DNA from: a virus
Strand: one strand, 5' to 3'
Virus record (IMG/VR): IMGVR_UViG_3300042402_007915
Span: 83,226-147,225 of that record
DNA length: 64,000 nt
In this document: positions 55,158 to 63,917 of the stretch, piece by piece
How positions within the stretch are numbered: the first letter of the stretch is position 1
How the letters are laid out: each line of letters starts with the position of its first letter
Translations under genes and position numbers: made by a program
Notes under the pieces: generated by a model
The model's database searches: none
What the model was told of the DNA's origin: nothing
The model's input: only the letters and a program-made list of their open reading frames with translations

Positions 55158-57645
55158 TGAGCAGCTCCTCCTTTGCCTCGACCTTGGTGGTCTCGGTCTT
55201 CTTTTCGATACAAATCGGCAGCACAAAGCTATTGAAATCAACCCTGTTTTCTGACGTGATCTTGTAATCGAAACGGAACCGAGTAGTTTTCAGGACCTTG
55301 ATTCCAATATTAGTTTTGTCAACCGTATCCAACCTAAAGAGGTTGTCTACGCAGTCCCAAACCACAGATCTCTTCAGCTCAGCAAAAATCTGTGGGAAGT
55401 TAATCTGAACTTGGGTGTCTGTTTGAACAATACCCTTAGAATCAGCAGGTACCGTGAGAAGAGCATATGGAGTGATTTGAGCCGGATCATAATGTCCTAG
55501 CGCAGTAGAAGACTTGGCTAGCGATGCATAAACGTTTTCGACAAGAACAGAAACGGTTCCATCTTTCGGGTTGTAGTAACCGCGCAGAGGAGCCAACACC
55601 TTCTCAGCGACAAGGACTTTTTCCTGAGGCTGACCCACAAGGCCACGAAGAGTTGTGTGTAGCGGAGACTGTGACAAGTACGCGCGAATAAATTCATTAG
55701 ACCAAGCATCATCTGGGCCTGTGTTGTTCTTAATCCAACTAAGAGCAGCCTTGAGAGTAGAGAGGAGATCGCCACTCTCCATAAAGGGAGACACAAAACC
55801 TCCAAAGGTTCCTGTGCAAGGTCTGCTCCAGCCTTGGATTTCGACTGCAGAGCCGATATGGGGATGGAGTTTATAGTTCGAAACCTTATACATGACTGTG
55901 TCTTCGAGGCCACGAATCATGAGACTCGAATCTTCGACGATGACCTCGAACGGACCCACAAGCGCAATGTGGTCTTTGGGTTTCGAATCGAGGACGTTCA
56001 CGATAGGAGTCGATAGAGTGAAATGCACCTTGTGCAAACACTTTACCTGGAAGGGATTGAAATCGGCAGGAATGTTTGGCACGAGTTTACCATTTTCCTG
56101 CGTGAAGGTAATGTAAACCCGATTACCGTTTTGCATACCATAATGCACTTCATGGATAGTAATCGAATTCAGTTTACAGAAGTTAATGAAAGAAGTGGTG
56201 ACATGCTGCGCCGTACGGTCTACAGGAAGAACGGAAGCAAACAGCGTAGCAATCTCTGTCGGAGGAAGAATCTTGGCTTTGTAACTGGCAATGTTCCCGT
56301 TTAACGCAGTGATAGCAGTTTCATGCTCGGTAATGCTTCTTTGTAGGGCTTGGATATCTCTTCTGCAGCGTTCGATAGAGGCTCGACGAACGTCAAGGCT
56401 GTCCTCGCAAGACTTAATTTGCTTCTCTAGGTTGCTTTGGTTTAGCAGAGTATCTGCTACCGCCTGAATCTCAGAAGGGTAGTTGGTATACACCCCTCGT
56501 GCGACTCTGGAGACCATTGCAACCTTAGGAAGGAAATCTTGTGGCATGCTAGGCTCTACAAACTTCGAAGCCAGAGACAGCTCGCCAGGACGCTTAGCCA
56601 AGTCTCCGAGCTTAGGAACGTGAATCTTACGCTGAAGATAAGTCCTTACGCCCCTCAGCTGAGTGAGAACGGTCTGCGCAAAGATAGTCGGGTCTACCTC
56701 AAAGTCTTTTGTAAGAATGAGAAGCTGGCCTGCATAGACCTGAGTGTAGTAGACCCTGCCGTCTTCTTCGAAGCCTCTGAACGGGACTGGCTTATCTTCA
56801 CACCAGTAGACCTCTCCGGCCGAAGTGCAAACAAACCTTCTAAAGACATGAGTAAATTGATACTGTTTCATAATGGCTTCACTACAACGCAGAACAACTA
56901 CATCTTGCCTTCGGGCGGGATTGCCCTTGTGCTCAAGAGAATAGAAGGTCTGTACGTCGTCGGGATAAAACATCTTGAATCTGTGTGAAAGCAGCGCCCA
57001 ACCAGGCTCGCTTACTTCTTCACGGTCCATCCCAAAATGGAAATTGCGAACAGTGTGAAGGCAGAACGTATCGTATGGACTGTATTTCCTATCGGCATTA
57101 TAAAGGGCCTTTGTCTTAGGCTCTTCCAAAAATGCCGCTAGGATGCTCGCCCAAACAGTAGCTTCAAAGTATTTCAGATCCTGGAAGAACGCTTCCGGGG
57201 CTTTATAAACGTACGGGAAAGCAGTCTTGTTACCGCCGTTGTAATTTACATTTCTGGGACGATAGCGCTCCCCAGTAGCAGCAAACTGAAGAACAGAATA
57301 AGACTGACTGGTAGAGTTAGACCGATAAAGAGAAGTCCAATCACCAAGACTGTGCTTACGACCTCTTGGCAGACGACCAAAGTTGTAACTATTTGGGAAT
57401 GTCGTCTTGAGGGTATCAAAAGCATCAAGGATAACATCGGCAACAGCCTGAACCGATTCGGCAGTGTCATCATCATTCCAAGAGAAGGGAATGTTAGTGT
57501 AGGTCCGCGAATCGTGATCAAACAACATGAGAACGATACCATGTCTATAGTAAGTAAGGTTTGTTTGCAAAAGTGACGAAATGGCAGAGAGTCCTGCACT
57601 AGGACACTCCGCCACATCGATATGGACAGCGCCGACTACCGCCAT
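55150..57645 (-). CDS. Large protein with coiled coil and prokaryotic E2-like domain
   Basis: ATG at 57645 (GAGGAG SD); central coiled coil; LHPHI-x(11-12)-PCTG motif resembling the E2 HPN...C motif. Confidence 0.55.
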   Translation of the reverse strand: MAVVGAVHIDVAECPSAGLSAISSLLQTNLTYYRHGIVLMLFDHDSRTYTNIPFSWNDDDTAESVQAVADVILDAFDTLKTTFPNSYNFGRLPRGRKHSLGDWTSLYRSNSTSQSYSVLQFAATGERYRPRNVNYNGGNKTAFPYVYKAPEAFFQDLKYFEATVWASILAAFLEEPKTKALYNADRKYSPYDTFCLHTVRNFHFGMDREEVSEPGWALLSHRFKMFYPDDVQTFYSLEHKGNPARRQDVVVLRCSEAIMKQYQFTHVFRRFVCTSAGEVYWCEDKPVPFRGFEEDGRVYYTQVYAGQLLILTKDFEVDPTIFAQTVLTQLRGVRTYLQRKIHVPKLGDLAKRPGELSLASKFVEPSMPQDFLPKVAMVSRVARGVYTNYPSEIQAVADTLLNQSNLEKQIKSCEDSLDVRRASIERCRRDIQALQRSITEHETAITALNGNIASYKAKILPPTEIATLFASVLPVDRTAQHVTTSFINFCKLNSITIHEVHYGMQNGNRVYITFTQENGKLVPNIPADFNPFQVKCLHKVHFTLSTPIVNVLDSKPKDHIALVGPFEVIVEDSSLMIRGLEDTVMYKVSNYKLHPHIGSAVEIQGWSRPCTGTFGGFVSPFMESGDLLSTLKAALSWIKNNTGPDDAWSNEFIRAYLSQSPLHTTLRGLVGQPQEKVLVAEKVLAPLRGYYNPKDGTVSVLVENVYASLAKSSTALGHYDPAQITPYALLTVPADSKGIVQTDTQVQINFPQIFAELKRSVVWDCVDNLFRLDTVDKTNIGIKVLKTTRFRFDYKITSENRVDFNSFVLPICIEKKTETTKVEAKEELLNA

Positions 57646-58094
57646 GCGGTTTCTCCTCTGTGATACAGCTCTCTTGTGTAATAAAAGAAAAGAAAACGGG
57701 TCTCTTGCCTTATTGTTAGATGCGAGTAGTAGTGATCCCAAAGGGGTTTGAAATAGAGGAAAGTTTCTTCAGCTAAAGCCTTCCTCTTGTTCTCTAGGTC
57801 TCCCAAAGAAAGCTCTGCTTCTAATGGAAAGGATAGATTAGTGAAGTCTTCAGGCCTACGGTAGAAGCACTCGATAAGCGATTCTTCAAATATGTCGGGA
57901 GGCAAAGAAAACCCCCTCGAAGTCGTATGAGAGATTAAGCCAAAATCTCTGAAAAACTTCGAGGGGGTCAGCTGTGTTTCCTCGACCTCAAGGAATTCCA
58001 AGTACATCTTGAGTGTACTTTCTTCTACTACTGAAGGAGTAGGAACAAAGAGTCCTAAATAGAACCGTTCCCTTGCCTTTTCCGAATTGGTCAA
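57636..58094 (-). CDS. Hypothetical protein in the Ubl operon
   Basis: Overlaps its neighbours on both sides. Confidence 0.55.
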   Translation of the reverse strand: MTNSEKARERFYLGLFVPTPSVVEESTLKMYLEFLEVEETQLTPSKFFRDFGLISHTTSRGFSLPPDIFEESLIECFYRRPEDFTNLSFPLEAELSLGDLENKRKALAEETFLYFKPLWDHYYSHLTIRQETRFLFFYYTRELYHRGETAWR

Positions 58095-58330
58095 TAAGCT
58101 CCTTCAGGGACCTCAAGGAGGGGACCGTAGCACACTGGACAGGTGGCTGCAATTTCTTCAGCCTCCACAGCGTCGGCAACAGTCTCCCAAGCACACCTTG
58201 TGTCAAGGCAGGCTAGAAGGTACCTTTCCGAACCGAAGGCCTGAAAGGACAGACCACCAGAATCAGAAACCAATTCTGGCTGTTGTACGGATTGGTCTAG
58301 CGGTTTGTTCTTTGAGGTAAGCGGCATCAA
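58091..58330 (-). CDS. Small zinc-ribbon protein (start uncertain)
   Basis: CLDTRC...CPVC. Confidence 0.55.
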   Translation of the reverse strand: MMPLTSKNKPLDQSVQQPELVSDSGGLSFQAFGSERYLLACLDTRCAWETVADAVEAEEIAATCPVCYGPLLEVPEGAY

Positions 58331-60143
58331 TTAAAACCTTTGAGGTACCGTGAAGGTAAATAGAAGTAACTGCCTTCTTCAGAATACGGCGCACCCTCAG
58401 CTCAATCTGTCGTAACTGAACCTCTTCGATAAGAGTTTCAATTGCTTCGTCTGCAAACTTGATGTCGTAATCATAAGGGCTTGTTAGCAGATTATACTCT
58501 GCGTAGATATTGGGAATCATATACTTTGTTAGGATAATCCGGCGCTCATCTTTTGTGTACTCACGAAACCGAATGATCTCCATACGGTCCTTCAAGGCTG
58601 GGGGGATATCCTCTTCTTCATTCGCGGTACAAATGAACAACACCTTAGACAGATCAATCGGCAGCTCAAGGTATCTATCAGAGAAACTTGTGTTCTGCTG
58701 AGGGTCTAAGATCTCAAGAAAAGCTGCTGTTACTGGACTATATGACCCGCGCATAGGTGTCTTGTCAATCTCGTCAAGAATGATAAGTGGATCCATACAC
58801 TTGGCCTGCTGGAGAATAGAAACAATCCTACCTGCCTTGGAGGAAACATAAGTCCGCCTATGACCGCGGACTTCTGCCTCATCGGTAAGACCACCCAGCG
58901 GTAACGAAAAGCAAAGGCGATTACTAGCCGTAGCAATACTCTTGGCGATAGAGGTCTTGCCAGTGCCAGCAGGACCAGTGAAACAAAGGACACCACCAGT
59001 TTGTCGGCCAGTAATCTTTTCAATAACAAGATGCTCTGTTAGCACATCCTTAACCTCACCAAGTCCGTAATGAGTAGAATCCATTAACGACCTAAGATTT
59101 GGAAAGTCAATCTCTTTGGCTCGAGTGACTCCCCAGGGAAAAGACAGTATCTGATCGGTCCAGTCCAAGAGGTTATTCGCCTCTTGTCCAGTAGCTCGAG
59201 ATAGCTTCTTCAACTCGTAGAGCAGCTTCTCCTTATGAGTCGCAGGAATAGCATTGAGCCGAGCCTTATTCTCGGTTGAGATATCAAAATCATAAACAGG
59301 CTCTGAATCTTCCTTCTTCTTTTTGGGGGTAGAAGTCTTCTTTGGAGCCTTATCTTCGGGCTTAACCTTGAGAGGAGCGCCTGTAAAAGAGGAAATGACA
59401 TCTCGTCGTGAATTGAATAGATCGGAAAGGGCCGCAGAAAGGATGGTCCACTGGTCGTGTAGACTTCTCGTCTGCCCTTCTCCGTCAAAGAACAAATTGA
59501 GCCAAGAGTCAACATTGTTCTTGTATAGGAAATAGGCCGTTACATAAGCAAAGGAAACATACTTGTTTTGGTAGCTTTCGTACTCTGGTGGATGGCCTGC
59601 TAGTGGCTGCAAAGCAAAGATTGTTTGCTCCTTGCCAAAAGAGTCAGAGTAACAGTGGCCAAAATAGTTCTGGCTCTCCACCGCAATATAGGTGTTGTAA
59701 ATATCAATCAGCTCATAGCTTGGAGGGTTCTCTTCTTTGAACTGTACCTGAGCAAAATTCAACTCTATGTTTTGGTTTTCAGAGGCCGGAGAGTTGCTTA
59801 GGACGATGTTCTCGGGAGGACAGAACGCAATGATATTGCCTGAAATAAGCAAATCTTTGTTCTCGATGGCCTGCTCAATATTGTCAGAAAAATATTCAAT
59901 AGTGACTCCGGCAAAAGCGTAAAGCACTCTTGTGATCTCTGTCTCACTAGGAAACCTAAAACACAAGAGAACAAAGGTGTGCTGCCCGAAAGCAGTATTC
60001 GCAGACAAATAGTCTGTGAACTGATCAGCCGGAGCAAAGGCTAACGACCAGTTGTCTGGACCGTAATTGAAGTATCTCCCTGGGTAGGGGAATTGGATAT
60101 CGGCTCCGTCAATGTAGAAGAACGGAACACCAACGGACTTCAT
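58263..60143 (-). CDS. Lon-type AAA+ ATPase lacking the protease domain, with novel N-terminal domain
   Basis: FPW, HYGL..VK, GPAGTGKTS, DEAEVRGHRRTY, LDEIDK, LEILDPQQN, DLSKVLFICTAN, DRME; ends RIGF. Confidence 0.85.
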   Translation of the reverse strand: MKSVGVPFFYIDGADIQFPYPGRYFNYGPDNWSLAFAPADQFTDYLSANTAFGQHTFVLLCFRFPSETEITRVLYAFAGVTIEYFSDNIEQAIENKDLLISGNIIAFCPPENIVLSNSPASENQNIELNFAQVQFKEENPPSYELIDIYNTYIAVESQNYFGHCYSDSFGKEQTIFALQPLAGHPPEYESYQNKYVSFAYVTAYFLYKNNVDSWLNLFFDGEGQTRSLHDQWTILSAALSDLFNSRRDVISSFTGAPLKVKPEDKAPKKTSTPKKKKEDSEPVYDFDISTENKARLNAIPATHKEKLLYELKKLSRATGQEANNLLDWTDQILSFPWGVTRAKEIDFPNLRSLMDSTHYGLGEVKDVLTEHLVIEKITGRQTGGVLCFTGPAGTGKTSIAKSIATASNRLCFSLPLGGLTDEAEVRGHRRTYVSSKAGRIVSILQQAKCMDPLIILDEIDKTPMRGSYSPVTAAFLEILDPQQNTSFSDRYLELPIDLSKVLFICTANEEEDIPPALKDRMEIIRFREYTKDERRIILTKYMIPNIYAEYNLLTSPYDYDIKFADEAIETLIEEVQLRQIELRVRRILKKAVTSIYLHGTSKVLIDAAYLKEQTARPIRTTARIGF

Positions 60144-60448
60144 CGCCTAGACAGGGTGCTTGTGAATACTTCCATAGACTCTTCTAGGAGCTTGTTCTTT
60201 GTCTGCTCTTCGACAATCTGTTCAGTTAAAGAAAGAACCTTAGCACGTTCCTCCTTGAGGGAGGCGCTAAGATCTTCCAATGCTTTATCCTGAGATGTTT
60301 TGATGTAAGTAAGATCCTTCTGAATGCTGACGTTAGCTAGGGCAGCAGCCGAAGAAGAAGAATAGGTCTTTGCAAAAAACATCTCAAGGCGGATAAACAG
60401 ACCTAGAAGAACAGCAAAGAGTACTCCTAGGACAATGAAAAGTTCCAT
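60140..60448 (-). CDS. TM-anchored coiled-coil protein
   Basis: N-terminal TM and heptads. Confidence 0.6.
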   Translation of the reverse strand: MELFIVLGVLFAVLLGLFIRLEMFFAKTYSSSSAAALANVSIQKDLTYIKTSQDKALEDLSASLKEERAKVLSLTEQIVEEQTKNKLLEESMEVFTSTLSRR

Positions 60449-60684
60449 TAGCTGACAGGAGTCTCACTCGTAGGCTTGGGTTCCTTAGTGGGCTTTCGAA
60501 GCTTTGCAAGCTCCTGGCGGATATCCTTAATCTCTTCACGGAGCTCAAGGATCTCTTCAGTGATGCTACTAACAGCCTTTACGATTTCAGTGATGGAGCT
60601 AAGGATTTCGGTGAACCCCTTCTCTCCACGTCCGACTCGATCCAGCAAAGCATTGATGGTGTTGTTAATCTTGATACGAGACAT
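60448..60684 (-). CDS. Coiled-coil hypothetical protein
   Basis: AAGGAG SD. Confidence 0.6.
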   Translation of the reverse strand: MSRIKINNTINALLDRVGRGEKGFTEILSSITEIVKAVSSITEEILELREEIKDIRQELAKLRKPTKEPKPTSETPVS

Positions 60685-60693
60685 TGGGGCTCC

Positions 60694-60987
60694 TTAGTTT
60701 GGTGTAAAAGTTACCAGAGTATTTTCTGGTACAAAGTAATAGCTGTTCTTTCCTGGAGTTTCTCCAGTGGCAGCCCAAATCAAAACATAACCATCCTTGG
60801 GAAAGGCTGGCTTACGATAAGTATGACCGATAATAGTGTTAGAAGTTAATACTCGAGTCTCTTCTGTTGAATGCAAGATAGAACGAGTAGTGCCAGTTGA
60901 TTCGGCAGCTCTAAAAGCAACAGTATTTTGCTCAAGGTAATAGATGTGTCCTTCATTGGGAAGGTTCTTTACGAAAGTCTTGAACAT
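60694..60987 (-). CDS. Hypothetical protein
   Basis: TGATG coupling to UDG. Confidence 0.55.
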   Translation of the reverse strand: MFKTFVKNLPNEGHIYYLEQNTVAFRAAESTGTTRSILHSTEETRVLTSNTIIGHTYRKPAFPKDGYVLIWAATGETPGKNSYYFVPENTLVTFTPN

Positions 60988-61622
60988 CAGATGCTCCCGA
61001 AGACCTGTTCAAGGTCTTCTCTCAGTTCGGCGGCGGCAGTCTTTTTGTATCCAAATGCGTAGGCCGGATGCCATGTACAAAGCACAGGCACAGTTAACTC
61101 ATCTACTTGCAAATCAAAAGTCTTTCCTCTCAAGGATCCCGAAGGCAATACTGTACCAGCTAGATAAGCTAACGCTCTTGAAGGGACCGCCCCTAAAGCA
61201 ATAATTCTTTTGGGTTGGAAGACTCGAATTTCCTCGAGAAGAAAAGGAGAGCACGCTTGGTACTCTTCTCTTGTGGGTGTACGATTGTTGGGGGGCCTAT
61301 GCTTAACAGCATTAGACACAGAGATATCCGGCATGTCGAAACCAACCTCAGCAAGTAAGGCACGAAGCTTCTTGCCGGAGAACCCAACGAAGGGCCGCCC
61401 AGTCTCATAGAAAGCCGCCCCGGCAGGAATGCCAAAACCCGAAGGCTCTGCCTCGGTAGCACCCGGAGCCTCGCCCACAAGCAAAACCTTGGGATTGGGA
61501 GACCCAGAAATGGCAGGGACCGGACACCCAGGAGTTTGAGATAGAGAGCAGTTAGCGCATCTAACTAACTGTAGGTTGCTCTTCAGCAACGCTGGGAGAT
61601 GAAGTGGATCTTGGTCCGCCAA
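60987..61622 (-). CDS. udg: Uracil-DNA glycosylase, family 4
   Basis: CANCSL, VGEAPG, GRPFVG.SG, N.VKHRPPNNR.P, HPA. Confidence 0.92.
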   Translation of the reverse strand: MADQDPLHLPALLKSNLQLVRCANCSLSQTPGCPVPAISGSPNPKVLLVGEAPGATEAEPSGFGIPAGAAFYETGRPFVGFSGKKLRALLAEVGFDMPDISVSNAVKHRPPNNRTPTREEYQACSPFLLEEIRVFQPKRIIALGAVPSRALAYLAGTVLPSGSLRGKTFDLQVDELTVPVLCTWHPAYAFGYKKTAAAELREDLEQVFGSI

Positions 61623-61788
61623 GAGTCCTCCAGTCAAGGATACCTAAGATGCCCATGTAGGCACCAGCAATAGCCATGAAGGCGCTAGCGGGCAAATACC
61701 CATACACCAGTAGAGCGGCACAAAGAATAAGAGTGAAGAACTTCCTTGAGAGAAAGATGCCCTCAAGTTTATTCAGGATCCGTTTCAT
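61561..61788 (-). CDS. Small two-TM protein (holin-like)
   Basis: LSRKF followed by two short hydrophobic helices; AGGAGG SD; near the endolysin. Confidence 0.45.
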   Translation of the reverse strand: MKRILNKLEGIFLSRKFFTLILCAALLVYGYLPASAFMAIAGAYMGILGILDWRTLGGPRSTSSPSVAEEQPTVS

Positions 61789-62062
61789 CACTTGCCTCCT
61801 GCATGAAACCAAACATAAGCTGCTTAGACTTCTCTTCGGTAGGGGCTAGGTTTACCACTACCTCCCAGTCCTCATAAGTGTCAGTAAAATAAGGTGAACG
61901 AACCGTACAGACATGAGTACCATCTGTACTTTGACGGGTATTGAGTTCCATTCCATACTTAGAACAAACTCGACTAAGAGCTGCTAGGACTTCCAATACC
62001 AATAGAGCAGTGGTTTGAGCGCAACGCTGCTCTTTGGCGTCTTGCAATTCTTTTGGTAACAT
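61769..62062 (-). CDS. Hypothetical protein
   Basis: GGAG SD. Confidence 0.55.
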   Translation of the reverse strand: MLPKELQDAKEQRCAQTTALLVLEVLAALSRVCSKYGMELNTRQSTDGTHVCTVRSPYFTDTYEDWEVVVNLAPTEEKSKQLMFGFMQEASDETDPE

Positions 62063-62065
62063 GTC

Positions 62066-62311
62066 TTACTCCAAAGGTAAATCTAACCAGTGACTTACTG
62101 GAACAATAGAGGCCAAGTCTTTGTAGTCGTAGTAATCAAGCTGCCAATACTTTATGAAAGAGTGCCATGAATGAGAGATACGAACTTCTGAATAGAAATG
62201 CGAAGCAAAGTTCTCCAACTTGGCTTTACTGTTCATTCTCTTTTTAGACTTCTCTAGCACTGAACGGACTTCTGGAGAGAGACTTTCTATCCAAGGTCGA
62301 ATAGTATTCAT
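62066..62311 (-). CDS. Hypothetical protein
   Basis: ATG at 62311 with AGGAGG SD. Confidence 0.55.
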   Translation of the reverse strand: MNTIRPWIESLSPEVRSVLEKSKKRMNSKAKLENFASHFYSEVRISHSWHSFIKYWQLDYYDYKDLASIVPVSHWLDLPLE

Positions 62312-62335
62312 CTTATACAACCTCCTGGAGGGAAT

Positions 62336-63133
62336 ATGGGAATCTTTCGTAGAGGAGATAAGTCTCCTGAAATCGCAACCATCAAGCAAGCCTTCAACGC
62401 AATCGGTTTCAGCATGGTGGTGGATAATGAATTTGATTTGATTTTAGATGCAGCCACACGCACCCTACAAAGGGTTTCCAAGATCACTGTTGATGGAGTG
62501 ATCGGACCCAATACAATGAAGGCACTCAAGAGTACTCTTTCTCTCGAGGCTGGGCTGCTAAAGAACAACGGAATTAAAGTCTTACATAGGGTTGGGTACC
62601 AAACACAAAGGGATAACAAGTACAACCCTGGAGGGACTTGCGGACCAACCTCTATGTCAATGGCAATGAGCTTTTACGGAGCAAAAGCCGCTACGGGCAA
62701 GCAGCTTGAAGATGAAATCTTTGAACACTTGCAAGCTGCAGATGCGCAAGCTATCTTCAAGAAAGACTTTCCTTGGGCAGTAGGAAAATATAACCCACAT
62801 AACATCCATGGGATGCTGCAGTGGGTTTGTAACAACAAGTACGCTCCTGTGAAGGATACGTTTATCTCCCACGATACATGGGAGGGGCTGAAGCTTGCTC
62901 TCCAGCGTGGCCCGATTGTAGTCAGCGGACACTTTACCGGGAATGGACATGTGGTGTGTCTCGTAGGAGAAACGACAAGCGGCGACATTATCGTTCACGA
63001 TCCCTACGGGAATTGGGGGCATGGATACCAAAGACGCCTTCCTGGCGAATACGTGGTCTACAATCAGGAAGACCTAAAAAGGTTGCTGAAGCCAGGCGGA
63101 GCTAGGTATCAGTACCACAAGTTCAGTAAGTAA
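62336..63133 (+). CDS. Endolysin-like protein: PG-binding domain plus C39-like cysteine peptidase
   Basis: RGD....IKQ...VDGVIGPNT; YQTQRDN...TCGPTS; GHVV; HDPYG. Confidence 0.8.
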   Translation: MGIFRRGDKSPEIATIKQAFNAIGFSMVVDNEFDLILDAATRTLQRVSKITVDGVIGPNTMKALKSTLSLEAGLLKNNGIKVLHRVGYQTQRDNKYNPGGTCGPTSMSMAMSFYGAKAATGKQLEDEIFEHLQAADAQAIFKKDFPWAVGKYNPHNIHGMLQWVCNNKYAPVKDTFISHDTWEGLKLALQRGPIVVSGHFTGNGHVVCLVGETTSGDIIVHDPYGNWGHGYQRRLPGEYVVYNQEDLKRLLKPGGARYQYHKFSK

Positions 63134-63136
63134 GAA

Positions 63137-63168
63137 AAGGAGGGGGCAGCCTAAGCTACCCCCTCCTT
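63137..63168 (-). terminator. Intrinsic terminator
   Basis: 14-bp stem (one G-U on -) with a 4-nt loop and a U-tract on -. Confidence 0.75.
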
Positions 63169-63449
63169 CCGCTATGCGCGTCAGCCAGCACGTTCCCGAA
63201 GGATCTTGAACACGACACGTACAGCTAATATGCTCCGTTATTTTATACCCCTCAGAGCTCGAGGGGAGTTCATAGTTTCAACCCTTGTCGGGAGCACTGG
63301 GGGGAATTAACAAGTTTCACTGCTTTCGGTGGGAGTATTCCCAGGTACTTGCACGATCCAGCCTGTATGACCCCATCTAGCCCCGGCAAACCAGAATCTA
63401 CAAACTAATAACATGGTGGAAACCCACCAAGGAACCCAACCCCAAAGGG

Positions 63450-63917
63450 TTAGGAAAACCAAAATGGGTCAGTAAATCTTTCTAAGAGAGGTTTATTTTG
63501 CGAGAATAAAATACCGCCATAGTCGAAAAATTTAATCTTTCCGGTGTCATCTTTCCCACACTGGGCAAGGTCAATAGACCTGTAAAGGTAGGGCAGAGCA
63601 AACCAGTCTTGAGTATGAAGACGAATCGCTTTGACTCGTTCCATTAAGACCCAAGAATAGTTAGGAGCCCAAGCTACTACCCTTGCCAAGGGAATGGTTT
63701 CCTTTGGAAGGCTGGAAACATACTGCCAATTCAATACTTCGTTCTTGTTCTGCTCGATGAGCCCTGCAGTCTTTGCTACCTTGAGGACGAGCGAGTGGTC
63801 CTCTCCGACAGCAAAGACTACTCGTGCATCACCCTCCCCGAGGACTGTTCCAGGGGGAGGGTAATTACAGGCTCTAAAAGAAGCTAAAGCGTTTTCTACG
63901 TGTGGTCCCAACCCCAT
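63450..63917 (-). CDS. Minimal protein-kinase-like protein
   Basis: LGEGDARVVF, VLKVA, N.NE, LMER, D...CG...KFFDYG. Confidence 0.6.
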   Translation of the reverse strand: MGLGPHVENALASFRACNYPPPGTVLGEGDARVVFAVGEDHSLVLKVAKTAGLIEQNKNEVLNWQYVSSLPKETIPLARVVAWAPNYSWVLMERVKAIRLHTQDWFALPYLYRSIDLAQCGKDDTGKIKFFDYGGILFSQNKPLLERFTDPFWFS

